From the NCBI GenBank assembly GCA_044224875.1, contig JBGAJQ010000003.1, positions 47,529 to 111,528 on the forward strand: DNA of 64,000 nucleotides, in the 5' to 3' direction. This DNA is from Gemmatimonadaceae bacterium. GTDB lineage: Bacteria; Gemmatimonadota; Gemmatimonadetes; Gemmatimonadales; Gemmatimonadaceae. Shown here piece after piece: positions 1 to 10,698 of this stretch (position 1 is its first letter; every line of letters starts with the position of its first letter). Made by a program: the position numbers and the translations under genes. The notes beneath the pieces are model-generated. The model did no database searches, was not told the origin of the DNA, and was given only the letters and a program-made list of their open reading frames with translations.

Positions 1-495
1 GAGCGGGCTGAAGCGACGCTTGAATGACTTTTCGGAGAGTATCGCCGCCAGCGCCTTGGGCTTGTCGATCAGGGCGTCGCGAATGACGGCCAGCCGATCG
101 CGTGGGGGCATCCAGATGCCCCCGGCGACCATGCTCGCGCCAGGTTCAACATGCACGTAGAAACCGGCGCCTGCGCCGTGAGTCTCGCTGCCAACGCCGT
201 GGCCCGCGCGGGCGTGGGTGAGCCAGAACGAGACGTGAGTCTTGTACGGCGACTTGTCCTTCGAGAAGCGGACATCGCGATGGATTCGGAAGATCGAACG
301 TTTCGGATTCCCGACGATCTCCGGGGCAAAGCCGGCGCAGCGTACATCCAACTCCTCGACCAGCAGGCGAAGCGGCGCCAGGAGCTCCTGGTCATACGCC
401 GCCCGATGATCCGTGAACCAGGCACGATCGTTGTGACGTTTGAGCTGACGAAGAAAGGTGAAGGCGGTGGGTCGAAAGGGAGTGAACGTCGGCAT
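1..495 (-). CDS. DUF2461/TIGR02453 family protein (3' end runs off the window)
   Basis: Not in the ORF track; translated by hand from ATG at 495: MPTFTPFRPTAFTFLRQLKRHNDRAWF...SIFRIHRDVRFSKDKSPYKTH...GFYVHVEPG...GGIWMP, the family signature. Confidence 0.85.
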   Translation of the reverse strand, partial: MPTFTPFRPTAFTFLRQLKRHNDRAWFTDHRAAYDQELLAPLRLLVEELDVRCAGFAPEIVGNPKRSIFRIHRDVRFSKDKSPYKTHVSFWLTHARAGHGVGSETHGAGAGFYVHVEPGASMVAGGIWMPPRDRLAVIRDALIDKPKALAAILSEKSFKRRFSPL

Positions 496-507
496 GTGAC
501 GCGGGGA

Positions 508-2043
508 TCAGGGTTTGACGGTGGCGACTTCGGCCAGGGAGCGTTGCGCGCGGTCGAGGGTGGCGACCACCGAGCGGAGGTGGCCATCGGGCGCCCGCAA
601 CCCGAAGATGGCATCGTAGTCGGCCGCACCGTCGATCACTACGCCTTGGATACGGGGCAGCGTGGTAGCCCAGCTCAGCACGCCCCAGGCAGCCAGCGCC
701 TGGTTCGCTTCGCCGAACAGTCGCGGATTCGCGCCGGTGGCGAACACCCACATCGGTCGCCCGGCCTCACGCGACCACTGCCCAGCGACGCGTAGTCGTG
801 CCTCCAGCGAATGGCCGCCGCCATACGACGGCGCAAGCGTGAAACCGACGAGGTCCAGTGGGCTGTCGGAGCCCTGCGCCCAGCGGAACAACGCGCTGTC
901 GAAAGGGGTGAAGGCCGCAACGGACACTCCCACACGCGTGCGCGGACGCAGCTGTCGAGCGCGGGCGGCCGCGTCGCCCAGAAACTGCCGCCACCACGTG
1001 GCGGGAAGCTCGCCCAGTGACGCTACGCCTAACGAACCTGGGTCCCGCGCAGGGAGCAGCACATCTGGCCGCAAGCGCCGTACGGCGCGATCCACGGCCT
1101 CGAGCCGCGCGCGCGCGTACGCCGCCGGGTCCCGGGCGGCAAGGCGCCCGTCCCGAGCATCATAGCCCAGCGAGAGCAGGATGAGCGTGCTGTCGCGGCG
1201 CAGGTCGTCCAGCGCCCGCGACACGGAGTCGAGGGCCGTCCCGCGCGTGCCATCCGGCGTGACGTACACCTGCACGGCGTCCAGCCCGAGCGAGTCGATG
1301 AGTGTCAGGTCGCCACGGAGGGCACCCGGTGATGGCGCGCGCTCGATTTCCGGGAGGATCCTCAGGCCGAGCAGGAAGTCTCCTCCGGGTCGCTCCTGCA
1401 GCCGGTCTGCGGAGAACTGACCAAAGCTCTGCCACGCCTCGATGGCGCGGGGATACTCGGCGAGTGTCAGGAGCGTGACCGCGGCCGTGGCGAGGGCGAG
1501 CAAACCTGCCGCCGCGCGTCCGCGCCGGTAGCGCGCTGGAACAACCGGCGCCAAAACCGGCACCATCAGCGCCCAAGGTGACAGGAGGGCATCGCGCCCG
1601 AAGACCAGTCCGAGCGTACTGGCGCTGGCCAGTCCGGCGGCGCCGGCGGCGCTCGGTAGGGTCCATCCATTCGCATTTGCGTATTGCGCAGAGGCGCTCG
1701 CGCCAACCGCCAGATTGAACAGCACCAACGGCACGCCGAGTGCGGGGCGTGTCAGGCGTTGCGCGACGGCGGCCACGGAGTGAGCCACGAAGAGCAGGGT
1801 CGTGAGCGGCCACGCCCACGCGACTACCGACGTGGCCCGGCCGGTGAGCGCACTGGCCGAGGTGAGGGCGATGGCGAAGGCGGGTATGACGAGGAGTCCG
1901 TTCAGGCCGGTCAGTCCGCGCAACCATGGAGACCCGCGTTGCAACTGCACCGCCGTGCCGGCATGGCGGACGTTCCACGCCAGCATGAGGAGAACGATCG
2001 CGGCGTAGGCGACCTGGGGCCCGCGGAACGGCAGCGTGGTCAT
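508..2043 (-). CDS. Hypothetical membrane protein: N-terminal multi-TM region plus C-terminal soluble domain (possibly glycoside-hydrolase-like barrel)
   Basis: 511-aa ORF; about 6 hydrophobic segments in the first ~200 aa, then an alternating beta/alpha-looking pattern. Confidence 0.6.
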   Translation of the reverse strand: MTTLPFRGPQVAYAAIVLLMLAWNVRHAGTAVQLQRGSPWLRGLTGLNGLLVIPAFAIALTSASALTGRATSVVAWAWPLTTLLFVAHSVAAVAQRLTRPALGVPLVLFNLAVGASASAQYANANGWTLPSAAGAAGLASASTLGLVFGRDALLSPWALMVPVLAPVVPARYRRGRAAAGLLALATAAVTLLTLAEYPRAIEAWQSFGQFSADRLQERPGGDFLLGLRILPEIERAPSPGALRGDLTLIDSLGLDAVQVYVTPDGTRGTALDSVSRALDDLRRDSTLILLSLGYDARDGRLAARDPAAYARARLEAVDRAVRRLRPDVLLPARDPGSLGVASLGELPATWWRQFLGDAAARARQLRPRTRVGVSVAAFTPFDSALFRWAQGSDSPLDLVGFTLAPSYGGGHSLEARLRVAGQWSREAGRPMWVFATGANPRLFGEANQALAAWGVLSWATTLPRIQGVVIDGAADYDAIFGLRAPDGHLRSVVATLDRAQRSLAEVATVKP

Positions 2044-2200
2044 CGTCGCTCACGTCCGGGTGAGCGTGGTCTGAATGGCGAGTGAGGGACCGTCATCGGT
2101 GGCACGGCAAAGGTGGTGGTGCGCACCCTCATCGGCAACGGAACGGCGCGTCACGCGCACTCGCTGGCCGCCCCTCCGTCCCGTCGGTTACCTTGCGCAG

Positions 2201-2728
2201 ATGGATCGTGGCACGCTCGTCAGCCTTCCCAATGCCATCTCGATGTCCCGTTTGCTGCTCGCGGTGGCGTTCGTTGCCGCGGACGACGCACGGGTACGGC
2301 TGGGATTGATCGGTGCCGCGTCTCTGACCGATTACCTCGACGGGTGGTTGGCGCGCCGACAGCACACCACGAGCGACTGGGGAGCGCTCATCGACCCGTT
2401 GGCCGACCGGATCTTTGTGTTCACGGCGGTCTCCGTTTTCCTCGTGTCGCACGCCATCACCACCGTCCAGTACTTCGTCCTGATCTCGAGGGACCTGATG
2501 ACCGCGATCGGGTTTCTGGTGGCGCGTTCGGTTCCCATGTTGCGACCGGTGCACTTTCGGGCTCGGCCGTTAGGCAAGACGGTCACGGTGTTGCAGCTGA
2601 TTACCCTCATCGCCGTCCTCGCGCTCCCCAGCGTAGTCGGTCGGCTCATCGTCCTGGTCGGCGTGGCCTCGGCGTTCTCGATCACCGACTACACCCTGGC
2701 CCTATGGAACCAGCGCGCGCGATCCTGA
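2201..2728 (+). CDS. CDP-alcohol phosphatidyltransferase family protein
   Basis: PNAISMSR start; motif TDYLDGWLARR...GALIDPLADR; start moved to ATG 2201. Confidence 0.9.
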   Translation: MDRGTLVSLPNAISMSRLLLAVAFVAADDARVRLGLIGAASLTDYLDGWLARRQHTTSDWGALIDPLADRIFVFTAVSVFLVSHAITTVQYFVLISRDLMTAIGFLVARSVPMLRPVHFRARPLGKTVTVLQLITLIAVLALPSVVGRLIVLVGVASAFSITDYTLALWNQRARS

Positions 2729-3189
2729 TCGCGCTCAGTGCTGGGCTGCTCGTCCCGGACGTGCCGCTCGCGGCTCAGGTGCAACGATCCATGCGACCCG
2801 AACTCCGCGTGGATGCCTTGGCGTCGCGCGCCCCGTCGCTCCAACTCGGTCTTGGGGCGGCATTCCCTGTGGGCACCTATGTGCGCTTGGCGGCAGTCGC
2901 CGGTGGCGGGGTGGCGCGACGGCACGGCACGTCCGGCGGCGCGGCCCGCGCCGATGTCGTCGTGCGCTTCTTGCTCGACCCCTACGGCGAAGCACGCCTC
3001 GGGTTCTACGGTCTGGGCGGCCTCAGCGTGCGCTATGATGAGTTTGACCAGTGGCGTCCCGATGCCATGATTGGCTTTGGACTCGAAGGTCGATTTCGCA
3101 CGCCGTTGACCCCCGCGTTCGAACTCAGCTTAGGGGGAGGCGTTCGAGCTGGCGTGGTGCTGCGCTGGACGCGAGGCGACGTCCGCTAA
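2704..3189 (+). CDS. Secreted hypothetical protein, probably a small outer-membrane beta-barrel
   Basis: Signal-like N-terminus (MEPARAILIALSAG...LAAQ); amphipathic beta-strand pattern ending GVVLRW. Confidence 0.55.
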   Translation: MEPARAILIALSAGLLVPDVPLAAQVQRSMRPELRVDALASRAPSLQLGLGAAFPVGTYVRLAAVAGGGVARRHGTSGGAARADVVVRFLLDPYGEARLGFYGLGGLSVRYDEFDQWRPDAMIGFGLEGRFRTPLTPAFELSLGGGVRAGVVLRWTRGDVR

Positions 3190-3219
3190 GTCCCCGAAGC
3201 CCCGCGGTCAGCCCTCAAA

Positions 3220-3250
3220 CAAAACCGCCCCCCACTTCGTGTGAGGGGCG
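3220..3250 (-). terminator. Rho-independent terminator for 3265..3546
   Basis: Minus strand reads cgcccctcac-acgaa-gtggggggcg followed by gttttgttt. Confidence 0.6.
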
Positions 3251-3264
3251 ACGCTTGACGTCGT

Positions 3265-3546
3265 TCAGCCGACGCTCACGGCCGCTGCAGTCGCGGCCGG
3301 GGCCTTTGGCGGTTGCACAAACCGCTCGCCGAGTACGCGAAGCTCACCCAGTTGACGCTCCGTCAGCTCGTGGTAGCGCTCGGCCACGTACTTCATGGTG
3401 TCATCGAACCACTCAGTCTGGTGCTCCGGCTCGGAGCCAATGACACCGCATCGCATGATGTGCTGGAACAACTCGTCACGCGCCTCATCGAACGGCGTAG
3501 GTAGCGTGACCTCCTTGGTCGTCCTTCGAACTCGGTTTTTCCCCAT
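3265..3546 (-). CDS. Small hypothetical protein
   Basis: 93-aa ORF with natural composition, followed by a terminator hairpin. Confidence 0.7.
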   Translation of the reverse strand: MGKNRVRRTTKEVTLPTPFDEARDELFQHIMRCGVIGSEPEHQTEWFDDTMKYVAERYHELTERQLGELRVLGERFVQPPKAPAATAAAVSVG

Positions 3547-3787
3547 GAAGTCTCAGGCTAGAGGGTGGAAGACAAGGCCTCAATTTAATGCACTGGCGGC
3601 AGTCGCAGAAGTTACGCAGGACGTCCCGGAAACGTTTGGGATTCTGCGTGCAAGTTGGTACGCCCAAATCTGTTGCGCATACTCATCAGTTTGGTTGCAA
3701 AGCGCGTCGTTTCGCCGTGGTTTTCTCCCCTTCGGCGCGAGTCCGGCACCGACTCGACAGGCCATCGGAAAGAGAACTGCGGCTGAG

Positions 3788-4660
3788 CTATCCGGTAGTC
3801 TCGACCACAGGGCTGGCGGACTCATGTCGTTCTGGATTCGAGGCAAGAATCCAGTCGAGGAGTTGGTCAGGCCGCTCTTCCGGAACGAGTCGGCCAACCT
3901 CGGGCGCCTCTGCGAAGCGGCCGTTCGGAAGTGCCCTGGCCAGTCCTTCGGCGGTGGCGCGATCGCAGAAGCGGTCCCGCGTGCCGCGCAGGATTAGCGC
4001 TGGCTGAGAGATCTCGGTCGGGTCGAGGTCATCTAACTCATCGTCCTCCAAGGACCGAACTAGCGTCTGGAGGTGTGCGAGGCCTTCGCGTCCCAGAAAC
4101 GGCGCGAGGTATCGGCCAACGAGAATCGGAGGCATGCGCTCCCGATCACCGACGAGCGACTCCAGGTACTCCGAGAAGAGCGGCATGGCACCAAGCAATG
4201 ACCGGTTCAGGCTCAGGGCGTAGCGACCCGAGGCTCGTTGAAGCTCGCGCAATTCGCGGGGCGGAAACTCGTTCAGGGACGGCGGGCTAATGAGCACGAG
4301 TCTCTGCACACGCTCGGGGCGATCGAAGGCAAGGCGAAGGGCGATGGTCGCGCCCACGTCCACTCCGACGACCGTTGCGGCGGTCACGCGAAGGGCTGTG
4401 AGGGCCAGGTCGAGGTACGATGCTTGGGCGGCGACTCCAAAGTCGGCGGTGTAAGGGCGATCGGACTCGCCATAGCCCAACAGGTCCGCAGCGAACGCCG
4501 TCGCCTGCCTCGTGGCGAGGCGAGGTGCAACGTGCCGCCACAGGAACGAAGACGTGGCGAATCCGTGGATCAGCAGGACCGGGGTCCCACCGAAACCATA
4601 ACGCTCGACATGCAACGTTCCCGGCCCAACGGGAACGCGAAAGAGATCGCCATCGCTCAT
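3788..4660 (-). CDS. Alpha/beta fold hydrolase
   Basis: LIHGF oxyanion motif, DLLGYGES; nucleophile elbow reads GVDVGA and the His region reads GRLVPEE (both atypical). Confidence 0.85.
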   Translation of the reverse strand: MSDGDLFRVPVGPGTLHVERYGFGGTPVLLIHGFATSSFLWRHVAPRLATRQATAFAADLLGYGESDRPYTADFGVAAQASYLDLALTALRVTAATVVGVDVGATIALRLAFDRPERVQRLVLISPPSLNEFPPRELRELQRASGRYALSLNRSLLGAMPLFSEYLESLVGDRERMPPILVGRYLAPFLGREGLAHLQTLVRSLEDDELDDLDPTEISQPALILRGTRDRFCDRATAEGLARALPNGRFAEAPEVGRLVPEERPDQLLDWILASNPERHESASPVVETTG

Positions 4661-4820
4661 GTCATGACGATACAGCCGGGCCGCGAGATCGCGCAGGGGT
4701 GGTTAGGCGCGGCGGCCCCTTCTGAGCATAAGCGCGGCATCCTAACTTGCTGGCGGCAGCCACGTGGACCTGACTGATGAGGGTGTGTCAGGCCCGGCCC
4801 TTACCGGAGATGATCGACGC

Positions 4821-5633
4821 ATGGCAAAGGAACGAAAGGACGGCGGGCGCGCCCGCCCTGACGGCGCAAAGAGCGCGAAGAGCGGTGCTGGCGCGAGTAG
4901 CCCCAAGTCAGGCGTCGTGCGTTCGAGCGGTAAGGGGAACACGGGACGCTTCTACGCACTGTTGGTCCTGGTGGCGGCCGTTGGGGCCACCTTCATCGTG
5001 TACCAAATGACCCGGCCGAAGAACGTGGTGACGACGGTGGATCCGAACACGCCGTTGCCAAAGGCGGAGGGCTACCTCATTGGCAAGCCCGACGCGCCGG
5101 TACAGGTGCTGGAGTTCGCGGATTTCGAGTGTCCCGCGTGCGCCAACTTTGCCACGATCACCGAGCCGGACGTGCGGAAGCGCCTGGTGGAGACGGGCCT
5201 GGTGTCCGTGCGATTCATCGATTTCCCGCTGCCTGGTCACCAGAACACCTGGGAGGCGTCGAACGCGGCCGCCTGCGCCAACGAGCAGGGAAAGTTCTGG
5301 GAGATGCACGATCAGATCTTTGCGAACCAGGATCGGTGGGGTGGTGTGGCGACCAAGCGGCCGAAGGGCGAGCTCAAGGCGCTGGCGCAGTCGATCGGGC
5401 TCGACGTAGGCAAGTGGGAGACGTGCTACGATGACCGGAAGTACAACCTGAACATCGTGGCGAACCAGAAGGAGGGTGAGCGACGCCTGGTGGGCCAGAC
5501 ACCGACCTTCATCATCGGATCCAAGCTGCTTCCGGGCAGTCTGTCGTTCGACACGTTCAAGGCGTACGTCGACACGGCGATGGCCGCATTGCCGAAGACG
5601 GCCGACAGCAGCAAGCCCGCCGCAGCCAAGTGA
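4821..5633 (+). CDS. DsbA-family (thioredoxin-fold) disulfide oxidoreductase, membrane anchored
   Basis: EFADFECPAC (CxxC), GKFWEMHD, cis-Pro loop QTPTF; one N-terminal TM helix. Confidence 0.9.
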   Translation: MAKERKDGGRARPDGAKSAKSGAGASSPKSGVVRSSGKGNTGRFYALLVLVAAVGATFIVYQMTRPKNVVTTVDPNTPLPKAEGYLIGKPDAPVQVLEFADFECPACANFATITEPDVRKRLVETGLVSVRFIDFPLPGHQNTWEASNAAACANEQGKFWEMHDQIFANQDRWGGVATKRPKGELKALAQSIGLDVGKWETCYDDRKYNLNIVANQKEGERRLVGQTPTFIIGSKLLPGSLSFDTFKAYVDTAMAALPKTADSSKPAAAK

Positions 5634-5658
5634 GCCTGCCTAACGCCGAGAGGTTTGC

Positions 5659-6090
5659 GTGACCAAGCGGATGCTGCTGGCGTTGATGGCGATGGCCGGG
5701 GTTGGCATCGCCACCTATCTCACGCTGTACAAGACGGGTGCCATCGGTCAGTTGGCGTGTAGTGTCGGTTCCTGTGAAACGGTCAACACCAGCCGATGGT
5801 CGCAGCTGGCCGGGCTTCCGGTGGCAGCGTGGGGGCTTGGGTTTTACGTGTTGGTGCTGGCGGTATGCCTGGCCGGCGTACAAGCGCGCTGGAGCGAGTC
5901 GGTCATTGTCTCCAAGGCGCTGGTTGGGCTGACGGCGTGGGGCGTGCTGTTCTCTGGGTGGCTCACGTACCTCGAGCTCTTCAAGATCCACGCGATTTGC
6001 GTCTGGTGCGTGACGAGCGCGGTGCTCGTTTGTGTCATGTTCCTGGTGGCGATCCTGGAGTACCGTGAGCTGACTCGCAGCCAGCCATAG
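5659..6090 (+). CDS. Vitamin K epoxide reductase (VKOR) family protein
   Basis: CSVGSCETVNTSRWS loop cysteines; C-terminal AICVWC; 4 TM helices; adjacent to DsbA. Confidence 0.9.
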   Translation: MTKRMLLALMAMAGVGIATYLTLYKTGAIGQLACSVGSCETVNTSRWSQLAGLPVAAWGLGFYVLVLAVCLAGVQARWSESVIVSKALVGLTAWGVLFSGWLTYLELFKIHAICVWCVTSAVLVCVMFLVAILEYRELTRSQP

Positions 6091-6105
6091 CCGAGAGGAG
6101 GTCGC

Positions 6106-8391
6106 GTGGCGGAACCGTCGGGATTGATGCTCGAGCAGGCGTTCGGCTTCTTTTTCGAGCACAGCGGCCAGGCGTACTACATTTTCGATCCCGACTCGCT
6201 GCGCTTCCTGGCGGTGAACGAGGCCGCGGTGCGGCGCTATGGGTACTCGCGACAGGAGTTTCGCGACATGACCCTGCGCGACATCCGGCCCGCTGAGGAC
6301 TTCCCGGCCTTCTTCGCCGCGAATTACCAACCCGGTTTGGGTGTGAAGCACGTTGGGCGCTTCCGCCACCGTTCGCGGGACGGGCGCATCATCCCGGTTG
6401 AAATCACGGCCTACGACCTCGTGTTCGAGGGTCGATACGTTCGACTGGTCGAGGCGCTCGACATGTCCGACGGCGCACAGGCCGGCCATGAGTTGCGCGA
6501 ATGGGAAGATCGCTTCCGCGCGGTGGCGGAGAGCCTGAGCGAAGCCCTGATCCTGATGGACCTGAAGGGGATCATTCAGTACGCGAATCCCACGGCCAGC
6601 CACTTTTTTGGCATGCCGCGGGAAGAGGTGATCGGACGGGACGTCCGGCAGTTCGTGCGTCCGGAGCGCCTGGCGCAGGCCGAACGGAACCTCCAGGACC
6701 GCATGCGGGGCATTGGGGCGGTGACCGAGGACGCCATCGTTCGACCTGACGGAACACTGCTGTGGGTGGAGGTGCATGCCACTCCCTTTCGCGGGCCGGA
6801 CGGAACAATCACGGGGACCGTCAGCACCTTCGTCGACATCACGGCCAGACTCCGCGCCCAGCAGGAACTGGAGCACTCGTTGTCGCTGCTCAAGGCCACG
6901 CTGGAGTCGACCGCCGACGGCATCCTTGTCGTCGACCGGGCAGGCGTGGTCGCGAACTGGAACGAGAGCTTCCGGCTGATGTGGCGGATCCCGAAGGAGA
7001 TGCTGGACCGGCGGGACGGTGCACAGCTGCTGCACCACGTGGCGGTGCAGCTGAAGGACCCGGATGGTTTCCTGGGAAGTGCTGCGCATATGGTCAACGT
7101 GGCGTCGAATGATGAGTCCTTCGACATTCTCGAGCTGCGAGATGGCCGCGTGCTGGAGCGCTACTCGCTGCCGCAGCGCATCGGCGAGCAGATCGTCGGC
7201 CGCGTGTGGTCGTTCCGAGACATCACCGAGCGGCGCCGGGCCGAGGCCGCCCTGCAACGCACACAGAAGATCGAAGCGATCGGCCTGCTGGCTGGCGGCG
7301 TCGCGCACGACTTCAACAACGTGCTCACGGCCATCCTGGGGAGCGCCGAGTTGGCGTTGCTGGAGACGATTGGCAACGAAGCGGCGACGGTGGAGTTGGA
7401 GGAGATTCGACGGACGGCCATGAACGCCTCCGCGCTCACCCGTCAGCTGCTCCTGTTCAGTCGCAAGCGTGAACGTGTCGCCGAGCGTTTGGGGTTCAAC
7501 GACGCCGTGCGGTCGGCTGAACGCATGCTACGGCGCCTGATCTTCGAGGACTTGCCCCTGCACTTCATGTACGACCAGGCCGTTGGGGATGTCGTGGTGG
7601 ATGCTGGGGAGATGGAACAGGTGCTGATCAACCTGGTGCTGAATGCGCGGGACGCGTGCGAGCGCGGCGGCGACATCACCATTGCGACGTCGCGACGGCG
7701 TATCGTGAAGCCGGGGAGTCCCGGCGATGAGCTGGTGCCTCACGCCGTGTTGATCGTCTCGGACACCGGCGAGGGGATGGATGCCGGGACGCGCCAACGG
7801 GTGTTTGAACCGTTCTTCACCACCAAGCCACCCGGCAAGGGCACCGGCCTCGGCATGGCGGCGGTGCTGGCGATCGTCGAGCGCTCGGGCGGCACGATCG
7901 AGGTGGAATCGTCGAAGGGTCGTGGAACCACTGTCACCGTCTTGCTGCCGGAGCTGGTGCGCAGCGCGCCGGCCCAGGTCACGCCCGAGGAGGTGGTGTC
8001 CGTGCAAAAGGCGACCGAGAAAGTGCTCGTGGTGGAGGACGCGCCGGCCTTGCGTCGCTCGACGCGCAAGATGCTGGAGCAGCAGGGCTACACGGTTCGC
8101 GATGCCACCAACGGCGTAGAGGCGTTGGACCTGCTGGCCGCGGAGGGCGCCATGGCCTTCTCGTTGGTGCTGACGGACGTCGTCATGCCGCGCATGGGGG
8201 GGCGCGAACTGGCGGGTCACATCCTGCGGCGTTGGCCGGGGCTGCGGGTGATGCTGATGACCGGGTATGACGACGGGGGAGTCGCTGACGACGTCACGCG
8301 CAAGTTGCCGCTGCTGGAAAAGCCCTTCGCCATGAAGGACCTGGTGCAGGCGGTCCGTCGCACGCTGGACGCACCGCTTCCCGGCGCCTAA
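6106..8391 (+). CDS. Multi-PAS hybrid sensor histidine kinase/response regulator
   Basis: Three PAS-like repeats; H-box AHDFNNVL; N-box NLVLNARDA; EPFFTTK..GTGLG; receiver LTDVVMPRMGG. Confidence 0.93.
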   Translation: MAEPSGLMLEQAFGFFFEHSGQAYYIFDPDSLRFLAVNEAAVRRYGYSRQEFRDMTLRDIRPAEDFPAFFAANYQPGLGVKHVGRFRHRSRDGRIIPVEITAYDLVFEGRYVRLVEALDMSDGAQAGHELREWEDRFRAVAESLSEALILMDLKGIIQYANPTASHFFGMPREEVIGRDVRQFVRPERLAQAERNLQDRMRGIGAVTEDAIVRPDGTLLWVEVHATPFRGPDGTITGTVSTFVDITARLRAQQELEHSLSLLKATLESTADGILVVDRAGVVANWNESFRLMWRIPKEMLDRRDGAQLLHHVAVQLKDPDGFLGSAAHMVNVASNDESFDILELRDGRVLERYSLPQRIGEQIVGRVWSFRDITERRRAEAALQRTQKIEAIGLLAGGVAHDFNNVLTAILGSAELALLETIGNEAATVELEEIRRTAMNASALTRQLLLFSRKRERVAERLGFNDAVRSAERMLRRLIFEDLPLHFMYDQAVGDVVVDAGEMEQVLINLVLNARDACERGGDITIATSRRRIVKPGSPGDELVPHAVLIVSDTGEGMDAGTRQRVFEPFFTTKPPGKGTGLGMAAVLAIVERSGGTIEVESSKGRGTTVTVLLPELVRSAPAQVTPEEVVSVQKATEKVLVVEDAPALRRSTRKMLEQQGYTVRDATNGVEALDLLAAEGAMAFSLVLTDVVMPRMGGRELAGHILRRWPGLRVMLMTGYDDGGVADDVTRKLPLLEKPFAMKDLVQAVRRTLDAPLPGA

Positions 8392-8729
8392 CCGGCGTCC
8401 GGCGGGGCGATGCGCACGCTTGGCCGGTCCTCCTCGGCGGAGCGTTCCCGCTTTGGCATCAGGTCCTGGCCCAACACCACCAGCACGCGCGTTGCCACCG
8501 TGCTGGCGAGCGGTTCGGCAATGTTCATGACGCGCACGTAGGCATCGATCGCGCGGTCGAAGGACAGCTCGTCGGCCAAGGCGTCCACGAAGAGGAGTGC
8601 ATTCTGCACGTGCGTCTCGATCAGTGCCTCTTCGGCGCGTGCCTGCGCCAGCCGCAACCGCCGCTCCGCCGCGTCGTCCAGCTTGCGCGGAAAGATCGTC
8701 TCCGGGAACAGGGAACGCAGGAGCGACAC
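8388..8729 (-). CDS. Hypothetical protein
   Basis: 113-aa helical ORF 4 nt downstream of acs on the same strand. Confidence 0.65.
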   Translation of the reverse strand: MSLLRSLFPETIFPRKLDDAAERRLRLAQARAEEALIETHVQNALLFVDALADELSFDRAIDAYVRVMNIAEPLASTVATRVLVVLGQDLMPKRERSAEEDRPSVRIAPPDAG

Positions 8730-8733
8730 GTGC

Positions 8734-10698
8734 CTACCCTTCCTTGTCTTCGTATTGCGCCTTGAGGGATGCCACCACGCCAGGATCGGCCAGGGTGGTT
8801 GTATCGCCTAACGCCCGTCCCTCGGCGATATCGCGCAACAAGCGGCGCATGATCTTGCCCGACCGTGTCTTGGGAAGGTCGGCCGAGAAGAGGATATCGT
8901 CCGGCCGGGCCAGCGCACCGATTTTTTGCGCCACAAATTCGCGCAACTCGTCGCGGAGTTCGGACGATGGATGATGCCCCGTACGCAACGTGACGAAGGC
9001 CGCCAGGGCTTGACCCTTCAGCTCATGTGTCTTGCCCACCACCGCCGCTTCGGCAACCGTCGGATGTTCGACCAGCGCTGACTCGACTTCCATCGTGCCA
9101 ATGCGATGTCCCGCCACGTTCAACACGTCATCCACACGACCCAGGATCCAGTAGTATCCATCGTCATCCCGTTTGGCGCCGTCACCGGGGAAGTAGAGAT
9201 CCGGCCGGCCATCCCACTTGGTGAAGTAGGTGTTCACGTACCGCTCGTCGTCGCCCCAGATCGTGCGCAACATGGACGGCCACGGACGCGTGAGGGCCAA
9301 CAGGCCGCCGCCGGTGGGAATGACCTTCGCCGTCGAATCGAGGAGTTCGGCGAAATACCCGGGCAGCGGCTTGGTAGCGGAGCCGGGCTTGGTGTCCGTG
9401 ACGCCGGGCAACGGGGAGATGACGATGGCGCCGGTTTCGGTCTGCCACCAGGTGTCCACGATGGGGCATCGCTCACCGCCGATCACGCGGTGATACCACA
9501 CCCACGCTTCAGGATTGATCGGCTCGCCCACGCTGCCTAACAAGCGCAGTCGGGACAGGTCGTGCTTCGCGGGCCACTCGAGGCCCCACTTCATGAAGGC
9601 GCGGATGGCTGTGGGCGCCGTGTAAAAGACGGTGACCCCGTGTCGCTCGCAGATCTCCCAGAAGCGGTTCTTCTCCGGCCAATCCGGTGCACCCTCGTAC
9701 ATGACGCAGGTGGTGCCATTCGCCAGTGGGCCATAGACGAGGTAGGAGTGACCGGTGATCCAACCGACATCTGCCGTGCACCAGAACACGTCGTCGTCTT
9801 TCAGGTCAAAGACGTTGCGGGTGGTGGAGGTGACTCCGGTGAGGTATCCCCCCGTGGTGTGTACGATGCCTTTCGGCTTACCCGTGGTACCCGAGGTATA
9901 GAGGATGAACAGCACGTCCTCGGCGTCCATCGGTTCCGGCTCGCACGACGTGCTGGCGTGGGCCATCAAGCGGTGCCACCAGTGGTCACGACCTTCACGC
10001 ATGTCGGCGAAGGATTCATCGCCCATGCCACCGGGCCGGCGCTGCACGACGATGACGTGCTTGACCGATGGCGCTTCTTCCAGGGCCTTGTCGGTGTTCC
10101 GCTTGAGCGGCACCACTTGGCCGCGGCGATAACCTCCGTCCGCGGTGATGACGACCTTGGCCTGCGCGTCGTTCATGCGGTCACGCAACGACTCGGGCGA
10201 AAACCCGCCGAAGACGACCGAGTGGATGGCCCCGATGCGCGCACACGCCAGCATGGCCACGGCGACTTCCGGCACCAGGGGCAGGTAGATGCCGACGCGG
10301 TCACCCTTCTGCACGCCTAACGACTTGAGGACATTGGCAAACTTCCGGACCTCGACATACAGGTCCCAGTAGGTCAATGTTCGCCGGTCACCGGGTTCTC
10401 CCTCAAAGATGATGGCGGCCTTGTTGCGTCTGGCGGTGGCGACGTGCCGGTCGACGCAGTTGGCCGCGACGTTCAGCTTGCCGCCGACAAACCACTTGGC
10501 CCACGGGGCCTGCCAGTCGAGCACCCGATCCCACGGACGCATCCAGTCCAGCGCCTTGGCCTCGTTGGCCCAATAGGCTTCGTAATCTTCGGACGCCTTT
10601 TCATGCACGGACCAGTCACGGATGCCGGCCTGAGACCGGAATGCGTCGGACGGGGGAAACTTCCGGTTCTCCTGCAGCAGGACCGAGATGTCGGACAT
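8734..10698 (-). CDS. acs: Acetyl-CoA synthetase
   Basis: [32 protein letters not shown]; start set at MSDISVLL. Confidence 0.96.
   Translation of the reverse strand: MSDISVLLQENRKFPPSDAFRSQAGIRDWSVHEKASEDYEAYWANEAKALDWMRPWDRVLDWQAPWAKWFVGGKLNVAANCVDRHVATARRNKAAIIFEGEPGDRRTLTYWDLYVEVRKFANVLKSLGVQKGDRVGIYLPLVPEVAVAMLACARIGAIHSVVFGGFSPESLRDRMNDAQAKVVITADGGYRRGQVVPLKRNTDKALEEAPSVKHVIVVQRRPGGMGDESFADMREGRDHWWHRLMAHASTSCEPEPMDAEDVLFILYTSGTTGKPKGIVHTTGGYLTGVTSTTRNVFDLKDDDVFWCTADVGWITGHSYLVYGPLANGTTCVMYEGAPDWPEKNRFWEICERHGVTVFYTAPTAIRAFMKWGLEWPAKHDLSRLRLLGSVGEPINPEAWVWYHRVIGGERCPIVDTWWQTETGAIVISPLPGVTDTKPGSATKPLPGYFAELLDSTAKVIPTGGGLLALTRPWPSMLRTIWGDDERYVNTYFTKWDGRPDLYFPGDGAKRDDDGYYWILGRVDDVLNVAGHRIGTMEVESALVEHPTVAEAAVVGKTHELKGQALAAFVTLRTGHHPSSELRDELREFVAQKIGALARPDDILFSADLPKTRSGKIMRRLLRDIAEGRALGDTTTLADPGVVASLKAQYEDKEG

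Noticed and set aside
4821..6090. DsbA-VKOR pair as a novel system
   Set aside because: Well-known alternative to DsbA-DsbB for disulfide bond formation.
5557..7308. Long antisense ORFs (this one, 7528..8220, 17762..19123, 42608..43954, 48009..49331 and others)
   Set aside because: Shadow ORFs opposite well-supported genes, as expected in high-GC DNA; no family motifs.
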